IMG/VR virus record: IMGVR_UViG_3300037725_000018
Span: 62,001-126,000 of that record
Length of the DNA: 64,000 bases
Reading direction: 5' to 3' (one strand)
Under the pieces are notes generated by a model. That model was given only the letters and a program-made list of their open reading frames with translations, did not search any database and was not told the DNA's origin. Position numbers and translations under genes: made by a program. The first letter of the stretch is position 1. Every line of letters begins with the position of its first letter. This document shows, in pieces, positions 29,642 to 37,431 of the stretch.

Positions 29642-29708
29642 ATAAGTCAAGGGTGACTCTACCAAAGTCCATTTAATCGGCAACTTACCGACCCTTGAAA
29701 AATAAAAC

Positions 29709-29829
29709 AGACTGCAATTGATTTAGTGCTCTGCCAGTTGAGCTACCCGTCCAAAAGCGGACGGGGTAGGACTCGAACCTACAACCTCTCCTTCCATGTA
29801 GGATATCAATGGATTGCTGTATGCAGCCT
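29709..29829 (-). ncRNA. ACAGCA-motif RNA 4 (circularly permuted tRNA-like domain)
   Basis: Stem AGGCTGCA/TGCAGTCT, TACAGCAA, T-arm GTAGG-TTCGAGT-CCTAC, acceptor CCCGTCC/GGACGGG closed by GCTTTT, then TA-GCTC-AACTGGCA-GAGC D-arm. Confidence 0.85.
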
Positions 29830-29902
29830 TGGAAATCAACATTTCTTTTTTATCTTGGCACTATTATATATGCTCTATCTATGTAAATGTTTCAAGTTTC
29901 CC

Positions 29903-30088
29903 TTATTCTTCATCTTTTTTCATGTCTTCTATGAACAACTTCGAAGCTACCTTCGCTTCTTCCACAGACTTTTCCGGCGTGCCGCCAATTCCCGACATAC
30001 CCGGAAGGTCCGGAGAAGTTGTTACGTAGCACTCGTCTTTTGAGTTCCACCGTGTTTTAAACCGAACATCTTTTATGCTTTCAATCAT
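29903..30088 (-). CDS. HicB-like antitoxin domain (orphan)
   Basis: WNSKDECYVTTSPDLPGMSGIGGTPEKSVEE. Confidence 0.75.
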   Translation of the reverse strand: MIESIKDVRFKTRWNSKDECYVTTSPDLPGMSGIGGTPEKSVEEAKVASKLFIEDMKKDEE

Positions 30089-30295
30089 TGTTTTTTAAGG
30101 TCTTGAATGACTTCGTACGTAGAAGGACGATATTTTTCTCCGGAAAACCCAAACGTGTAAGAAAGCTCTTCACGTTTATCCATCACACGGTCAAGTAAAC
30201 TATCCCATAGCACTTTGGCTTCTTCTTTTGTCAAATCTACATTTTTTTCTTCTACAAAATCTACGTACCAGTCTTCAAAATCGTTCATATCACTT

Positions 30296-30751
30296 TTACT
30301 TTTGGTTTTTAAATCTCCACACGTGAACATTTTCAGGCAAAACCTCAACTGCGGGTTCTACCTTTGAAACTTTAAGCCCACCGTTTCCGATCCCCGGATA
30401 ATTTAGGTCAAAACGTTTGTCCGAATTCCGGTTCGCAATCTGTCTAAGCAAAAGAGCAGACTTTGCAATCAAAGAAAGATCGGCCTCTTCTTTAAAGTGT
30501 GTTTTTACTTGAAAGGCCACAATCTTGTTTGAAGAGGTTACAAGTCCATACGAACCCAAGTCCCCGCACTTGTTTTGAATCTTCTCTCCAAGCCTTCTGT
30601 CAAGGCCCTCGAACCTATCTCTTGCGGTTTTGGCAATCCCACGCCCCATAACAACCGCACCATTTTTTTTGATGAAGCTGTTTGTTGTTATGCAGAAGGC
30701 GTCGGTTTCTTCATAAACGCTCCACATGTCTCCAAATTCGTAGGTAGGCAT
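30296..30751 (-). CDS. Macro-domain (ADP-ribose-binding/hydrolase) protein
   Basis: GDMW, ITTN..IKKNGAVVMGRGIA, FQVK.H, PGIGNGGL. Confidence 0.85.
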   Translation of the reverse strand: MPTYEFGDMWSVYEETDAFCITTNSFIKKNGAVVMGRGIAKTARDRFEGLDRRLGEKIQNKCGDLGSYGLVTSSNKIVAFQVKTHFKEEADLSLIAKSALLLRQIANRNSDKRFDLNYPGIGNGGLKVSKVEPAVEVLPENVHVWRFKNQK

Positions 30752-31152
30752 AAGCTGTTTTTAAATGAACACGTGTAGAAGAATCGAAAGTACGGTTGCG
30801 GCCCCGGTAGCGATAAACCAAATAGCTTGTTTGTTGAAAAGTCTGTTTGACTCTTTCAAAATATCTTCTGCTTTTCGTCTAACTTCGCGACGTTTTGAAA
30901 GTTGGTTGTAAATGTGGGAGATTCCTTTCCCGCCATAGAACGTTGAAAATGCCGTTCCAACAAAACAAGAAATAACGCCAAATGGAATCGTTCCGGTAAC
31001 AAGAGAAGCTAAAATTGTCGAGAAGCAAAAAATCAACAGGGTAAACATCAACACAAAAGAAAGTGAAACTGCTATAAGGAGCGACAGTATCTTTTCGGTT
31101 CTCATAATAGTCTTGTAGGTAACTGGTTTATAGTGGGCACGTGATAAAGATG

Positions 31153-31228
31153 TACTCCCGGCGGGATTTGAACCCACGATCTCCAATTTATAAGATTGGG
31201 GCTTTATGCCAGACTAAGCTACGGGAGT
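31153..31228 (-). tRNA. tRNA-Ile(TAT)
   Basis: Cloverleaf, stem CCAAT/ATTGG, loop CTTATAA. Confidence 0.88.
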
Positions 31229-31560
31229 ATCCCACCTTTTTGCGTTTTACCCGATCAGCTTTCGCTTTCCTGCGTTTTCGTATTCCTCTTTCTCTTTCTG
31301 TACGCCTTGAAGGATCATCCGGATTCGATCACGAAGAACCCCACTTGTAGCGGAAAGGGGGATAGAGATCCAAAATAAAAAGAAATTGGTAATGAAGAAC
31401 CCAACCCAATATGGGCGTCCCTGCGGACGTTGGAAAACGTAGGTTTCAACGGACATATAAAGTGTCCAAAGAGTTGCGATAGTAAGAAGAACTACAGATA
31501 GCGTGTTCATTTTTTCTTTTGGTTTCTTTAGATTTAAAAGTTTCAACTTATAGCAAACGT

Positions 31561-32220
31561 TCACCCGTACTGGCTTACGCCTTCAAACATATCATACCGA
31601 AGCTTCGCATATGGAAGTGTGTCGATATCGGAAGGCTTAGGATGGGTGAACATGATTCCTTCTACATAGGCATTGTTTTCATGCGCCTCTTGAAAAGACG
31701 TTCCGTGAAACGTCGAATAAAACAGAGGAATCAACCCGTTTTCAAACCAGCTTTCAATTGCGTCGAACGTCTTCGGGTACTTTCCCCAACTTTCGTATTG
31801 AAGCTTTCTTCGGCTATAAGAGCTAAAAGGAATCCAGATGTGTTCGTTTAGGTCATAAGGGTTTCCTTGAACTTTCGGGCCAACGACTTCCCCAAAGTGT
31901 TGACCGTCTGTTAGCGTTTCAACATACCCACGATCTACAGAATTTCGAATTGCATCTGTGATCCTACGGTCCCCATGAAAAGCAGGAACCCGGTTCTTTC
32001 GGTTCATAACTTGAACAATTTGCCCGTTTTGAATCAAAACAGACACGTTTGTTCCGTCAATTTTTTCAATTGCCATTGTACGCGGATCATTAAAAACCCA
32101 ATCGTAGCTATTGCCGTTGTCGTCTGTGTTTACTTCGTCAACGACAAAGTATCCACCGTTTCGCTCTTCACGAACAAACGGCGAATGAATCTTCGGCATG
32201 TCTCGCATAAAAGACTGCAT
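31561..32220 (-). CDS. RNA ligase-like nucleotidyltransferase (start moved off the tRNA-Ile overlap)
   Basis: EKIDGTN (KxDG), GEVVGPKVQGNP, EGIMF and AKLR ligase motifs. Confidence 0.8.
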   Translation of the reverse strand: MQSFMRDMPKIHSPFVREERNGGYFVVDEVNTDDNGNSYDWVFNDPRTMAIEKIDGTNVSVLIQNGQIVQVMNRKNRVPAFHGDRRITDAIRNSVDRGYVETLTDGQHFGEVVGPKVQGNPYDLNEHIWIPFSSYSRRKLQYESWGKYPKTFDAIESWFENGLIPLFYSTFHGTSFQEAHENNAYVEGIMFTHPKPSDIDTLPYAKLRYDMFEGVSQYG

Positions 32221-32269
32221 ATAGAATTGACGTAGCCTTTTAATTAAGCAAATATAAAGAGAGTTTTTG

Positions 32270-32343
32270 TTGTCCCGGTAGGATTTGAACCTACGGCACA
32301 CGATGTATCAGACCGATGCTCTACCAGACTGAGCTACGGGACA
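32270..32343 (-). tRNA. tRNA-Ile(GAT)
   Basis: Cloverleaf, loop CTGATAC. Confidence 0.88.
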
Positions 32344-32681
32344 ATACTACTTTTGCTATCTATTGAATTGCTTCCTCGTTGAACTTACTAGCGGGTTCGC
32401 GGCTCACAATGACATTTGCTTCGTCGTCTTCGTACTGCATGTATTCCGCGTCAACCGCGTTCATAAACTCGTAAGCTTCCGGGTAGTGGTCTTGCATCGT
32501 AGAAGATGAAAGAATTCCACTCTTTCCGTCGCCGTTGTTGGACACGTGATAGACAACCATGATCTTGAGGCTTTTTGATTAGCGGTTAGCTTTCTTTCCT
32601 CGCAAATGCACCTATTACATGCGGAAAACCGCGTTGTGTTTCAAATAAAAGTGTGAAGCCTCTTTGAAGATATTTGATCTG

Positions 32682-32765
32682 TGTTGGTGGAGGGATTCGA
32701 ACCCACACGGTATGAAAACCACAAGATCCTAAATCTTGCGCGTCTACCAATTTCGCCACACCAAC
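32682..32765 (-). tRNA. tRNA-Leu(TAG)
   Basis: Class II cloverleaf, loop TTTAGGA. Confidence 0.92.
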
Positions 32766-32863
32766 ATTGAACCCCAAGCTTTCATTTACGTGTCTGAATG
32801 TGAACTTGGGGTTCTTGATACTTTAGGCCGCAAAGACGGCTCTTTTGGTCCATACCCAACTTT

Positions 32864-32905
32864 CTCTTTTCCATATGGAGTTCCCTCTTTTCCATATGGA
32901 GTTCC
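32864..32905. repeat. 21-bp tandem duplication (encodes GTPYGKE x2)
   Basis: CTCTTTTCCATATGGAGTTCC twice. Confidence 0.9.
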
Positions 32906-33191
32906 GGTTTCAAAATCCAAATCGGATTTGAAAATAAGATAGAGAACTGCAGAAACAAAAAGTAAGAAAAGGTATGGTCCGGTCATTTTTGATTTAAATC
33001 GAGAGAACAAGGATTGCAATGATGAAAAGAACCACCACAAGAACGCCAAGTCCAAGTGCAACCTTGGAAATTGTGTTCTCGGTAAGCTCATCTTTTACGT
33101 CTTCGAAGCTGTCTAGATCGTTTGGTTCTTGCATAATAAAAGGCGTCTAAGCTATAAGAATGGATTCTAAGGCGTAACAGTTAACGTTTAG

Positions 33192-33277
33192 TACCGGAGA
33201 CGGGACTCGAACCCGTACGCCCGTTAAAGAGCATCAGATCCTTAATCTGACCTGTCTTCCAATTCCAGCACTCCGGT
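33192..33277 (-). tRNA. tRNA-Leu(AAG)
   Basis: Class II cloverleaf, TCAGA-TTAAGGA-TCTGA. Confidence 0.88.
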
Positions 33278-33286
33278 ATAAATGAC

Positions 33287-33574
33287 CGATTTTTTTCGTT
33301 TGGCGGCTCAACAAATTTAAATGGCGCTAGACGCCAGCATAATTCATTGTCCACATACTGTACAAATCATGAAAATTAATGAACAAACAATCACAAGATA
33401 CTCTTTACGGAAGTAAATCACTCTTCCGGTTGAGCCGCCAAACGAAAAAAACCGATCAAGATTCCCTCTGGTTGGTGGCTCAACATATGCCATAGCATGA
33501 ACACCAATTCACAATACTAATAAATTTACGGAAGTAAATCACTCTTCCGGTTGAGCCACCAACCGGAGGGAACC
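33287..33574 (-). ncRNA. Two tandem long-stem RNAs (33287-33454 and 33460-33574) with an identical 33-nt core
   Basis: Terminal inverted repeats of about 25 bp; shared TTTACGGAAGTAAATCACTCTTCCGGTTGAGCC at 33404-33436 and 33525-33557. Confidence 0.7.
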
Positions 33575-33633
33575 TATTCCCTCCTTTTTACTCACTTGGG
33601 TTTAACTTACGTCGTGCCCAAGTGTTTCAAAGA

Positions 33634-34059
33634 TTACTCGACTTCAATCTTCTTCGTGACCTCTTCATCTTGACCACTCTTAGGAACAGAAACGGTCAAG
33701 ACTCCACGGTCAAGAGAAGCGGAAATCGAATCCGCTTCCATACTTGGTTGAAGCCGAATGCTCCAAGAACGGCTTACCTGTGATTGACCACGGATTACCG
33801 TTCCTTCGTTGCCTGACTCTTTTTCGGTCGAGTCAGACATTTGGACTCTCAAAACGTTGTCTTTGGTTACTTCAACGCTTACGTCTTCCCGGTCAATTCC
33901 GGGAACATCAAAACCGATTTCATATCGGTCGTCATATTCGACAATCCGATAATCACTTCGGTTTTGGCGAGTAAGTCCGTTGAAGATATCATCAAAGAAA
34001 TTATCGAAACGAGAGATTCGGTTGTTTCGATTCATCGTAGGGACAACAGAGTTTGTCAT
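33634..34059 (-). CDS. Small heat-shock protein (Hsp20/alpha-crystallin)
   Basis: DVPGIDREDVSVEV and ISASLDRGVLTVSVPK. Confidence 0.92.
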   Translation of the reverse strand: MTNSVVPTMNRNNRISRFDNFFDDIFNGLTRQNRSDYRIVEYDDRYEIGFDVPGIDREDVSVEVTKDNVLRVQMSDSTEKESGNEGTVIRGQSQVSRSWSIRLQPSMEADSISASLDRGVLTVSVPKSGQDEEVTKKIEVE

Positions 34060-34189
34060 GGTTGGTTCTTATGGTTTTTTGGTTCATTCATGAACTCCAC
34101 TGATTTATGTATACGACATTTGAGCAGCGTGGAGCGTGCTGCCCAAAACTCTTGGTAAAATCCGGTATTTCAAAGAAACAAAGTTGTTG

Positions 34190-34263
34190 TAGCGGGAAGT
34201 GGATTTGAACCACTGGCCTTCGGGTTATGAGCCCGATGAGCTTCCAAACTGCTCTATCCCGCA
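34190..34263 (-). tRNA. Initiator tRNA-fMet(CAT)
   Basis: 1:72 mismatch, three G-C pairs in the anticodon stem, loop CTCATAA. Confidence 0.9.
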
Positions 34264-34344
34264 ATGTGTGTTAATATATATCTTCTAAACCGAAATTTGT
34301 TTCGGCTTTTATATGAAGACTCTATAAATCATCACTAATGTTTG

Positions 34345-34417
34345 CTTCGGGGGTAGGATTCGAACCTACAGCAACACGGTTAACAGCCGTGCGTTCTACC
34401 AATTGAACTACCCCGAA
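34345..34417 (-). tRNA. tRNA-Asn(GTT)
   Basis: Cloverleaf, loop CTGTTAA. Confidence 0.92.
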
Positions 34418-34837
34418 GTGTAATGTGTCTTACTTGTTTCCTTGTTTCCGTGTTTTCTCTTCATTCTTCTATACCAACGGGTGTTTTCATTGGTCTTTGC
34501 GACTTTCCCGCTTCCAGAACACACGTCACAACCGTCTCCGCTGCATTTAGGGCAAGTGACAGACTCTTTATTTTTGTATTTCATACTTCCGGTTATAGGT
34601 TATTTTGACTTTGAAATAGCGTATCGAAAGTTGCTTGCATTTTCTCCGTTTTCTTCTATCCAACCACTTGCTTGAACCCACTTCCCTTTGATTGGGTTCC
34701 AAAGAAGGTCTTCTTTGTATACAGTTTCATCCGAACTTAATTTTCTATACCCCTTTGGAATCTCGTTGGGGAAGGGATGTTTCAAAGAAGGAATGCCCAT
34801 TTTAAAAGCGGTTTTCAATTTGAACGTATTTAAAAGA

Positions 34838-34913
34838 TGGTAGCCGGGGTGGGGCACGATCCCACAACATTCGCCTTGTAAGGACGATGTTCTTCCAATT
34901 GAACTACCCGGCT
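34838..34913 (-). tRNA. tRNA-Val(TAC)
   Basis: Loop CTTACAA, atypical T-loop ATCGTGC, encoded CCA. Confidence 0.88.
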
Positions 34914-34935
34914 GTGTATATGTCTTTTCTTCGTG

Positions 34936-35008
34936 TAACCCCGGCAGGAATCGAACCTGCAACTAGACGGACATGAACCGTCTGCTCTACCGATTGAGCT
35001 ACGGAGTT
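34936..35008 (-). tRNA. tRNA-Met(CAT), atypical loop
   Basis: GACGG-TTCATGT-CCGTC (G37, U38). Confidence 0.82.
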
Positions 35009-35091
35009 ATTCAAGCCATTCAGCCAACTCGTAAACAAAGAAGAAGAAAGCTGGAACGACAATGATAATTGTAACCAAAGTTTGAATCATG

Positions 35092-35166
35092 AGCCGTGTG
35101 AGGGATTTGAACCCCCGGCATGCTCATTACAAGTGAGCTGCTCTGGCCAGACTGAGCTAACACGGC
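35092..35166 (-). tRNA. tRNA-Thr(TGT)
   Basis: Cloverleaf, loop CTTGTAA. Confidence 0.92.
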
Positions 35167-35288
35167 GTGTTTGCGGGATTCGAACCCGCGATTCCTTTTC
35201 AGGCTGGTTTCCCGGCACCGCTTTGTTTTGCTATACCGAACACCGTCATGTCCGGTTTGCCTTCTACGTAGAAAACAACTTTCACATT

Positions 35289-35366
35289 TGGAGACCCCGG
35301 TGGGATTCGAACCCACGTCAACCACGTTAACAGCGTGGCGCTCGAACCTAACTGAGCTACGGAGTC
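35289..35366 (-). tRNA. tRNA-Asn(GTT), second copy
   Basis: Loop CTGTTAA, encoded CCA. Confidence 0.9.
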
Positions 35367-35377
35367 TTAAATAAAAG

Positions 35378-35451
35378 TAACACGGGCCGGACTCGAACCG
35401 ACTAGAACATGATTGAAAGTCATGCTACGCGACCGCTTTGTATTCCGTGTC
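35378..35451 (-). tRNA. tRNA-Glu(TTC), second copy
   Basis: Loop CTTTCAA; acceptor and D-arm identical to 28680-28753. Confidence 0.82.
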
Positions 35452-35472
35452 ATATCAAGTCAACTGGTTTTG

Positions 35473-35546
35473 TAAGGGTGGTGGGACTCGAACCCACTAT
35501 CCACAGATTAAAAGTCTGTTGCTTATGCCACTTAAGCTTCACCCCT
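35473..35546 (-). tRNA. tRNA-Lys(TTT)
   Basis: Loop CTTTTAA. Confidence 0.9.
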
Positions 35547-35620
35547 ATGTTTTTTTAACCCACCTTTTTACACGTAGAGAGTAAAAACCTGTTTCATGAA
35601 AAGCAATTAAACTCAATTTG

Positions 35621-35694
35621 CACGGCTGACGGGATTCGAACCCGCGACCTCTTCCGTGACAGGGAAGCATTCTAGACCACTGAACTACAGCCGT
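35621..35694 (-). tRNA. tRNA-Asp(GTC), second copy
   Basis: Loop CTGTCAC. Confidence 0.9.
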
Positions 35695-35702
35695 GTACTT
35701 AG

Positions 35703-35856
35703 GAGAATGTTGCATCCACCACCTTAGCGGGATTCGAACCCGCGACTACCGCAATCTAGCGCGGCACTCTGACCTACCTGAGTTATAAGGTGTCACCAAC
35801 GGCGGTGGGATTCGAACCCACAGATACCGATCAAGCACCGTTACAGCAACATTCTC
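35703..35856 (-). ncRNA. Double tRNA-like RNA enclosed in an 11-bp stem
   Basis: GAGAATGTTGC/GCAACATTCTC encloses an anticodon-less mini-tRNA and a cloverleaf (35719-35792) with a 6-nt loop. Confidence 0.7.
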
Positions 35857-36112
35857 TTATTATACATTGTCCTTGATTCCGGCCTACAAGGACTATAACA
35901 CACGCTTTATAAATCCGGACGTGTGGGTTCGGCTATAAACGCCTACGGGAAGTCACCGTGCTGGCGGTTTCCTGTCCCGCTCTTCTACAAAGGCCAGCAC
36001 CTTTGGAAGCAACCGTTCATAAGTATTAAAGAACGTCTTTCTCTCTTAACTTCACTACAGTAAACAACTCTGCTTGGAAGTTGTTTCGTGAAGGTCGCTT
36101 AAAGAAATTTTG

Positions 36113-36187
36113 TACTCCGTCACGGATTTGAACCGTGGTTTCATGGATGAGAACCATGCGTCCTTAGCCAGACTAGACGAACGGAGC
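36113..36187 (-). tRNA. tRNA-Glu(CTC)
   Basis: Loop TTCTCAT. Confidence 0.9.
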
Positions 36188-36192
36188 ATGTA

Positions 36193-36296
36193 AGACATAA
36201 AGCATTAGGATTCGAACCCTGTTTTTTAAGGCTTCGGCACCACATTTTACGGATTCGAACCGCGCCGGGTGCGACCATACCAACCACTTTATGTCT
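36193..36296 (-). ncRNA. Structured RNA with two T-loops in a 10-bp closing stem
   Basis: AGACATAAAG/CTTTATGTCT; GGTTCGAATCC twice. Confidence 0.6.
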
Positions 36297-36380
36297 CAAC
36301 AAGTCATGTTGGTTTTTATATATAGGCTCTAACCGATAAAGTTTCAATCCGTTTGGTTATGAAATTTTTACCTGTATGTG

Positions 36381-36456
36381 TAAGGGTAGAGGGATTTGAA
36401 CCCCCGACTCACGGATTAAAAGTCCGTTGCTCTAGGCCAGACTGAGCTATACCCCT
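36381..36456 (-). tRNA. tRNA-Lys(TTT), second copy
   Basis: Loop CTTTTAA. Confidence 0.9.
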
Positions 36457-36480
36457 AAGTGGACACGTGCTTTGAAATTA

Positions 36481-36651
36481 TTGACAAGCGGTGTGCTTTT
36501 ACGCCAAATCGCGAGAGTATTAATCACAGGACGCCTTACCAGTTACGGGGTGCGCTCTCACTTCGTTGACAGCCATCTATTTTCACATACGCGGTCAACG
36601 GCGAACTCTTTAAAGGATGGATGCTTCTAATCCCACCTTCCGCTTTGTCAA
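36481..36651 (-). ncRNA. 23S rRNA H43/H44 (L11-binding domain) mimic RNA
   Basis: GGTGGGA-TTAGAAGCA-TCCATCC-TTTAAAGAGT...GCGTAAAAGC-ACAC closed by TTGACAA..GCGG/CCGC-TTGTCAA. Confidence 0.75.
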
Positions 36652-37009
36652 CAGTTTCAAAAGAACAACGCTTCTTTCTTATTTCCAATATGCTTTACTG
36701 CGTTTTATCAAGTTTGATCCGTAGTTTTTATGAAGAAACTGTTAATTATTATCAACTCAAGGCCATATTTAGTTCATTCGAATAAGGAACGCTTGGCGAA
36801 TCTTTAGGTCCCGGTACCGCTTCTTATACTGCTCTCGAAGAACGGGGTTCGGCTCACTTTTGAAACTCTCTTTCGTTTCTTCAATGGCTTCACCAAGCTC
36901 GCCAGCCTTGTTGTAGAGGTCTTTGGTAGCTTTGCTTTTGCCAATGATGTTCATAATCAAGCTTTTTTGTGTGAAAGGATCTCTCTCTTTATCCACAGGC
37001 TTTAATGCG

Positions 37010-37300
37010 TTAGCTTGTCTGCCGTTCCGGAATCGTCATTTCAATCTCGACTTTCACATCATCTTCAATCTCTTTGTTTACAGAAAGCTTAATTCCACCG
37101 GAAGCCACATACGTTTGGTCAGAATCTTCGCTTACGTCAAGGTGCCTGTAAAGTTGATCAATGGTTTCTATAATCTTGTCTTCATCGGGAACTTTCATCT
37201 TCCCCCATGAATGAAGTAGTTTCCAATCTAAGTGTTCATAGATTGGTTGGACTTTTTTTGCAAACGAGCGAACACGTTTCCTACTAAGTTTGTCTTCCAT
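37010..37300 (-). CDS. Hypothetical protein
   Basis: 96 aa; LDW..W..VP..I..TI..L and ASGG. Confidence 0.6.
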   Translation of the reverse strand: MEDKLSRKRVRSFAKKVQPIYEHLDWKLLHSWGKMKVPDEDKIIETIDQLYRHLDVSEDSDQTYVASGGIKLSVNKEIEDDVKVEIEMTIPERQTS

Positions 37301-37351
37301 ATTATGTGCGGTTTTTGGGTTACAACAGGTTTGTTATATGACCCGCGACTG

Positions 37352-37430
37352 TGGTTCTCCCGGTAGGACTCGAACCTACGCATACAGAGATTAAGAGTCT
37401 CCAGCTCTGACCTGACTGAGCTACGGGAGA
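37352..37430 (-). tRNA. tRNA-Lys(CTT)
   Basis: Loop CTCTTAA, encoded CCA. Confidence 0.9.
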
Positions 37431-37431
37431 A

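Noticed and set aside
29648-29698. Hammerhead ribozyme
   Set aside because: The three-way junction lacks the CUGANGA and GAAA core on either strand.
33404-33557. 33-nt direct repeat as a mini CRISPR array
   Set aside because: Only two copies, each embedded in its own long inverted repeat. The intervening sequences are partly homologous, and there are no cas genes in the window.
35719-35792. Amber suppressor or Leu(TAG) tRNA, and stop-codon recoding
   Set aside because: The loop is 6 nt (CUAGAU) with no canonical 7-nt geometry. TAG, TGA and TAA all terminate well-formed genes in this window.
36481-36651. A genuine 23S rRNA gene or host contamination
   Set aside because: Similarity is limited to about 55 nt of one domain, split by an insert, closed by its own stem and flanked by phage-type tRNAs.
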